A DNA stretch of 64,000 nucleotides from NCBI GenBank assembly GCA_036172245.1, contig JAYWIR010000001.1, positions 11,160,001 through 11,224,000 on the forward strand, in the 5' to 3' direction. This DNA is from Raillietiella orientalis (taxonomy: Eukaryota). Position numbers and translations under genes: made by a program. The notes under the pieces are model-generated. The model ran no database searches and was not told where the DNA came from. It saw only the letters and a list, made by a program, of their open reading frames with translations. How positions within the stretch are numbered: the first letter of the stretch is position 1; every line of letters begins with the position of its first letter. This document shows, piece after piece, positions 1 to 13,000 of the stretch.

Positions 1-3000
1 TCCGCCGCGGTCGGTGAGCGCGCGCGGAATCCGCGGTGAAGGCGGAGGAAGTCTCCGCGTGGCGAGCGGGAGCAGCGCGCTCGAGTTGACGGCTTCCCGG
101 GCGCGACCGCCTCTCTTTCGTAACCCCCGGCATCCCCCAATCTTCTCTAATCGACGTTGTTCTGACGAAACGACACGAATGCACAGCTCAGGCGGCGCGC
201 TCGCTGCTCCGCACGACGGTCGGCGTCAGACCCCACCGTGTTGTCTGCCCGCCTTCCCCCCATCGTCTCTCTCTCTCTCTCTCCCTCTTCCCATCCCCCT
301 TGCGTCTTGCCCACCCTTTCCTTGGCCCCCTCGCTTCTTCTCCGCCGCCGCCGCCGCCGCGGGAAGTCCAGCTCCGATAGCGGCTGCTGCAAGCGGCTCG
401 CGACCCCACTGCCATCTACCGCCGGATGCCTCAACAACCCGGCTCCTTTCTCGCGTCGCTCCTCCTCCTCCTTCCCCGGGAGAATTCCGCGCCGCGGACG
501 ATCCGGAGGACCCTGCTGCTGATTGCCCGCGCTCGCAGCTCGCGTCGGGTGCCCCTTTGGCGTTCCGCCGGGAAAGAACCAACTTCGCCCGCGAACCCGG
601 GCGCACGACGGCAGCTCGTCTCGTAAACAAACAGAAGAAGCGGCGGAGGAAAGCGGCATGTGACCCTGGAGGTGCCGTCGTCGCCTGCCGCCGCACACGA
701 GAAGAACCGGGGAAAAATCCCCCTGAGCCCCCTTCCCCTCCCTCCCCCGCGCCCGCTTCGGAGAGCGGCGGCTGTTGAGCCCTTGCCGCCGCTGCGCCCT
801 CGGCGTTCGGTAAGTGGCTTTTAGTGTTTCTCCTTCGCGGTCTGGAGACCCCCGGTTGAGGTCAGCGGCTCCGCTTGTTCCCTCGCTCTACCCTTCCCCT
901 CTCCCATTCTGTGAAGGAAGGACCTACCCCAGCCCCCAGCCTCGCCTGAAGCCGGCCCGTTGCCTCTTCGGACGACCGACAGTGTGCGTTTCGGGGGGCA
1001 ACGCGCCCTCTTCCGGGAACAGCCCCGCCGTTGTTCTCGTTCTCATCGCCGCTGTTGCTCCTGGCGCTGCCTGCCCGCCTCCTTCCTACCTGTCTTCTGG
1101 AAGGCGGGAAGCGGATGCGAGAGGACCGGAAATTTTCGCCGCCAGTAGGCGGCGGCGGCGTCCGTGTCGGTCCGCCCTCGAGCAGAACCCGTTCGCTCCT
1201 CCTCCCCCGTCCGTCCGTCCCGAAGTCCTTGAGCATCGCCACGGATTGCCCTCAGGGCGATCGCCGCTCTTCTCTCGTCCCGCCGCGGACAGCATCTTCC
1301 TTTCTTTCGAAATTGCCACAGGCTCTATGCGCCCACCGGAAGAACAGCCGCGTCTCCCTCCGATCGCCTCCGTCGTGCCTGCGCGGGCGATCGACGCGGG
1401 TGCGCGCGCTCGAACGAGGAAACGACTGCGGGTTTTGTCGCTGAAGGAGGCCCGTCGGCGCCCACACCGGTGTGGGCAGGAAGGGCCGCCGCGCCACCTC
1501 CGAGGAGGGAAAGAAGCAAAAAAATAAAAGAGAAAAAATCCTCCGGAGCGGCGGATCCCAGGAAACACGACCAATTCCAGAGGTGGATTCCTCCGTGGGC
1601 TGCGCACCCTCGGCGGGCCCCTCGCCTTCGCAGCGGTGCCGGCGGCGCTCTGGACCCGATGGAACGTGGTCGGGACATCGCCTGTTGGAGTAGGACGCGC
1701 CCAGCTGCCCAGAATGCGCGCTTCCTGGGAGGACGTCCCAAGTCCTCTCCGCTTCCTCTTAACCCGCCCAACTGTCGTCGGCTGGGCTGCGATCGTTTCG
1801 GTCCCATCTCCCCCCCCCCCCCTTCCACACCCGTCGCGGTAACTCCCGGCGCACCGCTGGCCAAACAAGCGCGCACGCGCGTCTGGGGTCATCCCCGTCG
1901 GGGACGTCGGGAACGCAGGAGGGAAGGGCAGGCGGCTGTTCGCCTTCCCGCACACGAAGGGGCTCTCTGGACCCTCCTGGAGACGTTCCTCGTAGGAAGA
2001 CCGCAGCCTCCTCGGACGCTGCGAGGTTTTTTTTTTTCCGGATTTCGGGACTTCTGGGCGCCCGGGTGGGCAAGGGAAGGGCAGTGGGGACTTCCGTTCT
2101 CGGGGCACGGTGGGACCGGCCGCCTGCGGGTCGACGGTTCTTCCAGGTCTCCTCCCGGCTCGCTTCCACTGTTCCCCTTGGGGAAAGTAGGGAGAAGGGT
2201 CGGGAAGGCACCCTGGAACGACGAAGCCGCGCGCAGGCTCCCTGCCCCTCCCCCGGTGGGCGGAGCTCGGAGGGCCGACCACTCCCCTTCTTCCCCCGCC
2301 TTCCTCCGCTTCGCCTCCTTCCCGTTCCTATTCTCTCATTCTTCCTCGGCTTCTTTCGTTCCCAGAGTCCCGAAATCTGCTGACTCGGGTTCGGGGAAAG
2401 ACAAAAGAACGGCAGGCCTCAGCGCTGACGACGTCGAAAAGTGCGCGCGCGTCTCGCGAGCCCGGGGGCCACGCGAAACGCCGCCACCGCGCGGAAACCG
2501 AAGAACGCGCGCGGCCGGCGCGGCTCTCGGCGGGCGTTGAGCGCAAGAGGTGGAGGAGAGGAAGCGGGCGAAGAAAGTCCCGACATCTGACGCCCGGGAG
2601 CGCGAGATCGTAAACTTTTCGCCCTCCTCTTCCTCTCTCCCTCCCTCCCTTCTCCTCCTCCTCTCCTCCTGTCTCCCTCCCCCCTCCTCCTCCTCTCCGT
2701 CTCCTTTTGGCAGGGAAAGATCGCGTAACCCGAGCCTTTTTCCCGGGATCCTGTTACTGCCGGCGGCTCTCTGAGCTCCTCCCCCTGCCTCCCCTACACG
2801 CACGCACGCACTCCAAGGAGCTGCGAAATTTCAACGGGAGCTCCGCCGCAGGGTAAATGGGGGTTTGCCTGGAGTAGGGCAAGGTCGATAGGGGTGAGGG
2901 AGATGCAGAGAGAGGAAGAGAGACCCCCATCCCCTCGGTGCTCGGGGTGGACGGGCCTAGGGAGATGCGGCGGCAGCGACCTCTCTGCGGTGCTCTTGGG

Positions 3001-4352
3001 CTCGTCCGCCGTTAGGTTCGCGCTGACCTTGGGGGCAGGGAAGGAAGGAGGGGCTCCGATCCCGACGACCCCTAAGTCCTGACGTCGCGCGCCAGGACTC
3101 TTCAGCGCTCGATCCCCTCCCGCGACCGTGACCACCACCGACCCCGTCTTCCGGGAAAGCCTCGCATTCGGGCTCGCCTGCTTCGCGTGGAACCCCGCGA
3201 GTTCTGTCCGTCCAGGGTGGGCAGCATCCGACGACCCCTTCGGGGCTTTCCACAGTCCCCCGTCGGACCCCCGGGTGAAGCGTCCACCTCCCCCGGAGAG
3301 TCCGGCGCGCGCGCGAGCAACGACCTCGGCCGGCGGGGGCGCCTCCTGTCAGCCGCGCGGCGAAATTCGGCAGGAGGGGAGACGACGCGCGCGACGGGGC
3401 AAAAGCAAACGTCACCGTGAGTTGCACCTCCCGCTACCGTCCGCCAAGACGGCGGGGCCACTCCGTCCCCCACGGGACGTGCGTCGGCGCGCTCGATTAG
3501 CGGCTGTCTTCTACGACGAGGCGTCGTCGGCGCGCTGGGCACGCTGATGCGCTGCATTGCGTGCAGGGGACAACGCGAGGCTGTCTTCGTGCTGCTGCTG
3601 CTGCTGCTGCTGCTTTTTGTTTGTTTTGTTTTTGTTTTTGTTCTCCCCTCCCTTCCTCCATCTGTTGGAACACCATTTCCATCCCTCTCAGAAGAGATAG
3701 CATTTTTCCAGTGCAGCTGCGACCTGGCTTGGTGGACCTCCGGTGGACAGTGTGCCCCTCTCCTCGTGGCCGAAGAGAGGAGAATTTTCCTAGGACCCTT
3801 CGAGAAAAGTGGACTCTGGCTATTCGCGTATGCCGCTGGAGCGAAAGTGCCTTCGCTCTGCCTTTTTCTGTTTTCTGTTTTTTGTTTTTCTCGCTCTCCC
3901 TCTCTCCTCTTTTTTTGCCACGGCGCCCTTTTTTGCGACGAGATCGGCCACCTGACCGAGTCTCTTCCCTGCTTTCGGATCCATCCGTGAAAACGAGAAA
4001 CACTGAACAGTGGTGGCGCGCGATGTTTCCGAGGATCTCCTAATGACCTTTGCTCCAGGCTGAAAGCTTGAGAAGAAACGAAACGAGTGAATGCAGATCA
4101 TTAGTGCACCGTTTCTAAGGTCCTCGAAGAAGTTGCTGACCGACCAGAAGGCTCGCATGTAGGTCTATTATAATTTATTTTTTCCTCCCCAAAATGTTCG
4201 TTTTCGACCATCTACCTCGAACGTTGTTTTCGGGAATGCTGAATGTGAACTGCGCATACGAGAAACGATTTCGTTGCCCTACGAAGCGCTGCTATAGCAA
4301 TACCTAGCGGAGTAGCTTGCTCCTGTAAGCTATTGTTTCAAGCACTGCGAGG

Positions 4353-4448
4353 TATTGTTGGGCATTTCTAAGCAGTGTGCAAGTTATTGTTGGACGTTGC
4401 TACGCGGCGTGCAGCTTATTGCTGGACGTTGCTAGGAGGTGCATTGTT
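4353..4448. repeat. degenerate minisatellite, ~32-bp unit x3
   Basis: tattgttgg/tattgttgg/tattgctgg at 4353, 4385 and 4417, each followed by a similar (g)ac-gttgcta..gtgca segment. Confidence 0.65.
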
Positions 4449-7400
4449 AGAAGCCGTTGCCAGTTAGCGAGATGACGTACGGTAATTCGCCGACTTACCG
4501 AGGATGGCCGCGATGCTTGCGAACAGGCTTTTGCTCCTCATGGAGACCTCAAGTGTGAGCTCATCAATCTAGGGAAAGGAATCCCTGGATCCTAGAATGT
4601 TTCGAAATTCCCTTTCCTTGCTTTCGGATTTTTTTTTTTTTTTGTTTAGCCTTCCTTGAATGCTAACGGGATTTTCATGCGCAGGAGGTATGCTTCCGCA
4701 GTTTCACACAGTTCGTGAGCCGGTATGTCGAAGAGAATGTCACACGGGTTATAATGAAGTTACGGATGTCAGCAATTCAGCACCAATGAGGAGTGAAACC
4801 ACAACAAGAAAAAAAAGGAAAAGCCAAAAAAAAAAAACTTTGCTCGTAGCAAATCACGTAATTTTTACAACTGGTCTTTTCTCCAGAGTTCCAAGTCCCC
4901 GTGGTTTTCCAGTGTGGCTGGGAGCGTGAGTTTGGGCAGCGGTCGTAACAATGGGAAACGCTGACCTCGCAGTAACGTAATTAATGAACTGGCGTACGAG
5001 TTGACCATGTCGGTGGCATCTCCTCTCTGTGCCGCCGCGTGTTTTTCTCACGGAAAAGCGAAGAGGGGGCATTCCGGATGAAGCAAGGCGATTGCGGGTG
5101 CGCACAAAAAGAGGTGCTTCTCGAGAGACTGCGGGAGCCAGGAGGACGTCCGTTTCGCTTCTCTGCCCGTTGCCCATGCGGCAGATCCCTTTCCTTTCTT
5201 GTTGCCATTGCTGTTGTTTCGTTTCGTCGTTTTTGTTTTGCTGTTTTCCCTGGTACTGTCGGAGTTTTTCTTTTTTTCCTGCTACGCCGAAAGTGATGGC
5301 AACGATGATGATGACGATGATGGTAGCAATAACGAGTTCCATTTGGGAGGACTCGCTCGAGGCACTGTCGCTCTCGTTCCTGATGGTGACGTCCTTCCAG
5401 GAGTGGAGCTTCCGGTCGTTCCTTTCGTTTCATCTTGTTTTACATGATTTTTACCTTTTGCTTTTCCCTTTTCCTCGCCAGAGGGCAGCGCCTATCAGAT
5501 GCCAGGATCTGCACTTCCGAAACTAATGAATTCTCCTTATCTGGAACTTTGGGAATCATCCCGTTCTCCATCGAGATCGTCCAGTCGTCCAGATCCCAAT
5601 CAGCACCATCGTCTCTTCCTAAAGGGTTATCTGGCCTCTTTCTTTTCTTTTCTTTTCCTTTTTTTTTTTTTTTTCCTTTTCCCTTTTTTTTTGTTTTGCC
5701 TCCGCGGTGAAACTGACGCAACGCCCTGGACGTGAGATAAGAGATCCGTGCTACGCCGTTGCCTGGAGATCCTCCGCAGCGTTCTCCTCCTCCCAGATTT
5801 TCGCCCTGATCCCCTTGGGCGCTGGCGAAGCTCGGGTGGCGGAGAGGCGGCCACCCCCTTGTCCCCTCCCCTCTTCCGCTTCCGCCCTCTCGTCACCCGC
5901 TCCTCGCGCGCGACAAGAGGCAACCCTCCGCTTCCTCCCCCCTCCCTCGCAGTTTCTCGAATTTTCCGCTTTTATCGACCTCCGCCTGACAGGATTTCCG
6001 GCCTGGGTCGGCTCCCCTGTTTTGAATAACTGATTCCGGGACTTTCCCGTTCCTGGCGTTCGCCCCGGCCCGGGCAGATTTTGAAACCCGTCGCCGCCGT
6101 TTTCACCGGTTCTGGCGATTTCGGAAGGGAGGGGCGCGCGGCAGTCTCCACCGGGTCGCGGAGCGCGCGCGAGGCCGCGCGCAGCCTCCCTCGCCTTCGC
6201 CCGCCGTGCCACCGCTCGCCCCCTTCCGGCGACCACCGTGCGGGCGACCACGCTATACGTTCGCCCCCCCCTTCCCACGCAACTTCCTTCTGACGGTGCT
6301 CGGTTCCAGGTGCCCCGGTGGACTGGCAGCCGCTAGAGGCGCGCGCGCCCGGATCTTCCTGCCTCCCGTGCTCCCCTCGGCTTGAATCTCTGGAGGTAAG
6401 CAACGCCCCGCGCCCCGCCACGCCCCCACGGGAGGGCCGGACTTCTGAGAAGACCTCGACCCTCCCCGCGCCGTCTCCTCTCCGCGCGGAGGGGAGGGGG
6501 AGGAGGTGAAAGGGACGGCGGCGGGGAGGGGAAGGAGGGGGGAGGGAGAGCGCAGTCCGCGGGTCGCCGAGTCAGTTCGCTCACCTCGGCCTTCCTCCCC
6601 CCCCTCCCCCCCGCGCGCCGCCGTCGCCACGCGCGGCTCTTTCGCAACACTTCCGCGTTTGTTTCCCCCCAGCCGGAGGAAAACCCAGATTAAAGGTTAT
6701 CTTTCCTGGAAGATGCGCTCCCGCCTCAAAAGATACATATCATTATGCTGCATCTTCGGATTGTCCCCTCCTCCTCCTCCGCGCGCGAGACGGCCACGAC
6801 GCGTGGCGGCGGCTCGGTGGTGGTGGCATCGACTCCGCCGAAGGTTTCATCAGATCTCGTCCAATGGCAGAGGCACCTTAATGGAAAGATTAGATCGGGA
6901 TTCGGAGCCGCCCCCACCCCCTCTTCCTTCTCCCTCCTCCCCGTTCCCTCCTCCTCCCCCCGCTTGCCCGCCGCCCTGGCCGCCGAGATAAGCGAATGTT
7001 TGCAAATCCTGCTTGTTGTCGATTATCGCTCGTGTCTCCCGAATCCGCCCCTCCCCCCCTCGAGATGTTGTGCCGGGAGATTGCAACACGCAGACTCTGT
7101 CCTTCCTCCTCCTCTCATTCCCCCCCCCCTCCCCTCGTCCGATCTGATTCCGAGGTATCGGCGGACCCGGAGCATCCCGAGATGCCTCATTTCGGTGCTT
7201 CTTTTGCCTTTTTTTTTTTTCCGGGTCGTCCCGCGGAAAGCTCCGCTCCGTTCCCCGGGGCGACCGCTTTTTCGAAAACGTGCCCGAGATAACATCTCGT
7301 TTAGGCCGCGGACGACCGTTGTCATCTCCGTGTCGATCGACAGGGGTGACGGCGTGCGTCGGTCGCGAAAAGAGCTGCGCCGACGCCGGTGAGAGGTTGC

Positions 7401-9345
7401 TCTCTTCCGGTTGCTCTTCCTCCGCAGTCACCGCCTTTCACCCGCTCTTCTTCGCCCGTCTTCGACTCCACTCGGAGGTTCCTCCCGAAGAAGTCGAACA
7501 CCCCGGCCCGACACGTGGCCATCCACATTTCCTCCTTCCTCATTACCACCACCGCCACCAACCACCCTCACCCTCGCGAGCGCTTCCGGAAACTCCCGTC
7601 CTCGCCCTACAGGGGGCTCTGTCCCTCAGGAAGATTCCCCCTCGCCGGGCGCAGTGACACCAGGAAGATTCGTCTCGCCTTCGATGGCGGCGCGCCGCTT
7701 GCGTCGGTTTGCATCCCGGATGGTTTCCATGTTCGATTACAGGCGAATACTCTTCCTCCTCCTCCTCCTCCTTCTCCTTTTCCTCCTCCTCCCTTCCTCT
7801 TCCTCCGTCATGGCTGGCTGGTGGAGAGGAAGGACGTGGGTCTGGACGCCGGTGAGACGCTCACGATATGAGGAGCGAGTCAATCCCAACGGCAGTGTCC
7901 CCTCTTTCCTCCTTCTCTCTCTCTCTTCCGCTTCCTTCTCTTTCCTGTGCCTTCAACATGACCGTCCACGCTTGCGCGAATTGCTCCTCCGTTCCCATGG
8001 AATCCCGGTCTCGCGGCGCTACCACCGCGTTCCGAGCACCTCGAGGAGTCTGAGGGGACGGCAGGGCAGCACCAGCGTCCAAGGCAGCGGCGACACTCCA
8101 GCCTGCCCCGTGCGGCAGTAGGCATCGCTTTCGCCCGCAGCCAGACTCCGGACTGGACTTCTTCCTGTGCCAGAAATCGACGTCGCGCTCAGCACGCGCT
8201 TCCCCATACTCGGAGCTCCTGCAGGGAGCGCCCGTTCGCCCCTCCGCTCGGAGGCGTTCCGCTTCCGTAGGGAGCGCTAAACCGAGGGGACACTGGCTGT
8301 GGAGAGCGACTCCGCCCAGATGAACGAGGTGGCAAGTGGGGCAGCAGTCCCGTGTAAGGAGGGGGAGGAGCGAGGTTTGAAGAGCCCAACGGGCACTAAG
8401 TTTCCTGCCCTCTCCCCTTTCCCCCTTTCCCCCCTACGGAGCGAAAGGGGGGAGGGGACACGCAGCACGTTCCTTCCGCGGTTCTCTCGCTCGCCGGTGC
8501 TGCCGCCGCCGCCGCCCGCGCCTTGAGCACGCCGGGCGACTCCGATCAGGGGCGGATCGCCTCACCTCCGGGTCTCTCTCTTCCCCCCCTCCCCCCTACT
8601 TCCCCCTTCTCTCCTTTCGCGCGCACCCACCCGCCCACCTACCTCTTCTTCCTCCTCCCCGGAGCGACCGCGCGCGACAGCTGGCCGCGCAGTCTTCACG
8701 CGGCCGTCGCTCCTTCGCTCGCGGTCGGCGGACCGATCCCCTTAATTGAATCGCGCGCCTCGCGCGCGTCCCAGGATGGAGCTCCGGATCCTCCCCTCCG
8801 CGCTCGTCCGCGCCCGCGCGCGCGCGTACGTGACCCCGGGACCGGCCGCCGGTCGTTAAGGCCCGCGCGATGTGGTTATTGGACGGCGAAATATTTGCTT
8901 TCCCCACCCATCTCGAGCGCGGGCCCCGCAGCCGTCCGCTCCCGTCGGCAAATTGCGTTTCCATGACGACCCCGCTCCCGGGTTCGGCTCCGGAGACGTC
9001 GGAAGCCATCAGCGCTCGATCTCGCGCTCGCCGCCGCTGATTTACGGCCCGCCCCGGCACTCCCGTGGAAACGACCGAAGGCGGGTGGGCGCGTCGCCCG
9101 CGCGCGCTCCTCCCCCGCCGGAGAGACGAGTGCGGGGGGAGGGACGGGGTGGCGGCAGGGGAGGACGGGTGTTCCCTTCCCTGAGAGCAGCGGACGGCGC
9201 GCACTTCCAGGAGGGCGTGCACGCGCGTCGCAGTGCAGGTGCCACGCGGCGCGCACCCTGGGCCTGTGGGTCCGCTTTTTCGCCCCCGCCGGGTGGGGGC
9301 ACCCTTGCCATCGCCGCTGGGTTCGCTCACAGCCCCTCCTTGCAG

Positions 9346-9672
9346 GTGGCGCTGACGGGAGGACCCTGCGGCTCGCCCGCCCCCATGGAAGACGGAGAGA
9401 ACGCCAAGGCGTGCCCCTGCGAAGATGCCGGAGGCGGCAGCTGCGGGTCTCCCCGGCCGGAGGGACCCTCCCCTGGGGGAAGGAACAAGAGGAAGAACTT
9501 CCTGCCCAGGAACATTGTCCACTCGTCCTCCTCCTCCTCCTGCCCGGGGCTCCGTCGCTGTCCCTCGCACAGCTCGGACGACGACGACGACGATAACGAC
9601 GAAGACGACGACGACGTGGATGACGACGAGGAGGAGGACGACGTGGACGTGGACGTCGGTCGCTGCGGAGGC

Positions 9673-9720
<48 letters not shown>

Positions 9721-10036
9721 GAGGAGGAGGAGGAGGAGGCCCCTGGCGCCTGGGATGGCGACCCCGGGCAGCAGGAGTCGCCCCTCGACCTGAGCCTCAC
9801 GGGGGGCAGCGGCTGCCGCCACCGTTCTCCCGACAGCCTCTCCTCCTCCTCCTCCCGGGAGTCGGCCCCCGGCCCCACTGCCCCTCAAGGGAACGGCCAC
9901 TACGGCACCATCCGGACGCTCGTCGCCCGCGGCAGGCCCGCGAGCTTTTTCGGGAGGACTTCGGATTCCTGCGAAGGGCGCATCGGCATTTCCGTCGCCT
10001 CCTCCTGCCCGACGGGGAGGATCTCGTCGTGTCCTG
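9346..10036 (+). CDS. cas: Castor-A N-terminal exon (ATG 9385; RNKRKNFLPRNI, poly-D/E tract, PLDLS)
   Basis: Acceptor ctccttgcag ends at 9345. Donor cctg|gtaagt at 10037 is phase 1 and joins in frame to the acceptor at 16381 (G|AA ATG AAG). Confidence 0.75.
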
Positions 10037-13000
10037 GTAAGTGGCCTTTCCCCCCTCCTCCCTTCCCTTCCTCTCTCCCTCCTGAGGGGAGGGGTAGCGT
10101 TCTTCCCGCCGCTTCTGAGCCCTCCCTGTCCCGCAACCCCGGTCGTACCCGAGCTAAGCCAACGCGGCCCCTCTGGCCCTCGTCGGGACGAAGTTCACGG
10201 CAGAACCGCGAGCGTTCCGGGAGACGCCCTGTGCGTTTCCCCGGGAGACGTGAAACCCGCCCTCGCGCGCGCTTCCTCCCCTGACCGTCCTGGGTGACCC
10301 GGGGGGACGTATCCATGCTCCCCCTCCCCGGGCCAAGAAGACTTGGTTCTGGACTTCCCCCGGGAGGTGGGACCGCCGAGTTTCATGGGTGCGCGCGGGT
10401 GACTTGGTGCGACAGGAAGAGGTGTGGCTGCCCCTCTCCCCACTTCCTCGCGGTGATCCGGCGGTGGCGGCGGGGCCAAGCTGCCTGGCGGATCCTCCGT
10501 CCCGCGAGCTTCGCGCCGGCTCCGCCCGGCGGCAACAGCGGCAGCGCCCGATTGTTGCGCTTCCCACCCGGATGTTCGCCGTTTCACAGGAAACCACCAC
10601 CGCTTCCGGGATGCTTCTCGGCGCGCTTCCGCTGTAAACCTGGGAAACTTTGGGGGAAACGCACATTAAAAAAAAGAAACGGGAACGATCCGGAGGGGGA
10701 GGACATGAGAGAAGGGGGGGGGGAGGGGGGCGCAAGACGCATGGGAATCGAACGCTCCCTTTGGGAAGGAGCCAGAAGCCAGCCGACTGCCTCACAGCAC
10801 CTTCGTCGCTCCTGCAGGCCGCGGCGAAAGTAGGAGCGGGTGCGGAGCTTCGTCGGGCGCGTTTTTCCGCCCCCACCTCTTGCCCTGCGCAGCGCGTTTC
10901 GTGGCCCCCTCCTGGATTGCCGCCGCACTCTGGGAACGGTGTGTGTGGGGGGGGGAAGGGGGGATTGGCAGCGGCGGCTGCGCTTCTCGCACGAGTCGAT
11001 CCTTCGATTCGCGCCCCTCCCCGCGTGCTTCTCCATCCCGGTTCCATCGTCATTTTCCACCCCGGATGCTGGCTACCGCGGTGGGTGCGTCCATACGGGC
11101 CTCTCTTCCCGTCTCCCAGCGAGGCGCCGCGGCAGCTTCCCTGCGAGACGAGGCCGCACCCCGACTGCGGGCGGACGGGCGCGCGCTGTCCCTGCGCGGA
11201 TGCGGATGCTCTAGCACAGCCCCTCGAGCGCTTCCCTCCCTAGCCCTTCGTTCCTCCTAGTGCCGCTTCCCACTCCTAGATGGCAGAACCACAGCCTTTC
11301 CGACTCGCAGGGGACGGGTCTGTCCCGGGGAAGGAAGCGGCGACTCGCTCGCCTCTTCCTGCTTGTGCGGACAGGCGCCCAAACAGTCTGGGAAGCTCCC
11401 TTCCCCACCCGGAGGGGTTCATGTGTGGGCCGGGGAGTTTCCCGGCGGCCTGCCGGATGCCGCACCGCGTCCCATCGCTGGCGCGCTCTGATGAGGGTGG
11501 AGCTGTTGACGATGCGTGCCAGCCCCTTCTCCCTTTGGTCAGTTGGGCCAGCGCCTTCGGGAGAAAAATCCCCCCGCTTTCTCTCCGCTCCAGCGACGCC
11601 CGTCCAAACGCTCCCGAGATGAGCGCCGGTGTTGATTTTTCCCATGGCGCCAAAGCAGAACGAGCGGGAGGAGTCGAGCGCGAGCGCCTCCCGCCCTTTC
11701 CTCGAGGCCCCCAGGTCCCCTTTTGCCTTTCCCCGCAGATACGCGACGCTTCCCAGGGCGTCGTCGCGACCGCCGCCACTGAAAACCCACGGTCTCCGCG
11801 GGTCTTCAGCGAGACGAGGTCGCGACGAGACGAGACGAGACGAGTCAGGGAGATCAGGCGGGAAGGAGGCGCCTGGAAGGGCTCTCCTCCGCGATCAAGG
11901 GGAAGAAACGTGGTCGTAATGGTGGTGGTGGTGGTGACCTCGGATGACACCCCATCCCTTCGCCAGCAAGCCGGGAGATCTGCCGGTCGAGCGCGCGCCC
12001 CAGAGCCGCAGCCGCAGGTCCGGTGCTCCTGGCGCTCCGCTCTTTCATCCGCGCTGCCATCCCGCGGGTCAAGTGGGGAGGTCGCACGCCGCCACGGCGG
12101 CTCTTCACGTCTTCCTTCCTTTCTTCCCTTCTGTTTCCCAGGGTCCTCCCGCGGTGCCGTTTCGAGGATGCGCTTTTCAGTCCCGCCTCGCTTCGGAGCG
12201 CCCGGGACTCAAGTGCGCCGCGCACAGCTGCCGTCGGGCGCGCGCACTCTAGGCTCGCGTCGGCAGCCGCCGTCGCGTGGCCTCGCGTGGACGTGGGGTC
12301 TTCTCTCGGGTTCCGCTCCACCTTCCTGTTGCCTTTCCTCTCCCAGTCAAACGTCTCTGCTCCCTGCGACCGAAAGCGGAAGGAAGAGTAGCAGACTAGG
12401 GAAGATGTGGCGAAAGGCAGGGTTGCACTCGCGCCATCGAGGTCGACGCCGCCTTGGAAGATAGCGCACGCCGTTTGCTCCACTTTATAGACCGGATGGT
12501 TTCCACCTTCGTTTTCAAGATGGCACCTTTCCTCCTCCTTCTCCTTTCTTCCTGTTCCTCCTTTTCTCCCCCTCTTTTCCCATGGAACGGATTGCATTCG
12601 CCTCCCACCTTAAAAAGTGCTCGTCGATTCGTTTATTTTGTTTTTCCTTCGGTCGGACGATGTCCTCTGGCACGACGAGAGCGGCAGCGGCCGGGTCGCG
12701 CGCACCCGCCTCATCCGCCGCCGTCGTGCAGCGGTGCTCCCTCAGGAAGCGTTCGGGAACGTTCGGAAAGGAGGAGGAGCCGTCCTGCGTCCCACCTGCG
12801 CTCCCTTCCGTTCTAGCGGGTCCCGGGACGTCGGCCGGCTGGCGACGGCGGGCGGGCCGATGTTGGAGCGGATTCCTTTCGAGGGTGGGCGCACGGCAAG
12901 GATGTGAGCATCTCCTCTCCTCCCCCTTCTCCACCCGCTGGCGCACCGCTGTCCCCCACGCCGCCGACGCCGACGCCGACGCGGCGGGACCCGCGCGTGC

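Noticed and set aside
4854-5342. Minus-strand ORF with an apparent N-terminal transmembrane segment (MELVIATIIVIIIVAITFG)
   Set aside because: The hydrophobic run derives from a (GAT/ATC)n-like repeat and the basic run from poly-T tracts. There is no other support.
14-9340. Numerous long ORFs (up to ~400 aa) on both strands
   Set aside because: They are Arg/Pro/Gly/Ser-rich translations of GC-rich low-complexity DNA, overlap in all frames and have no recognisable domains.
8596-9900. 434-aa minus-strand ORF with poly-Val/Leu
   Set aside because: It is the antisense shadow of the (GAC/GAG)n acidic tract in the Castor-A exon.
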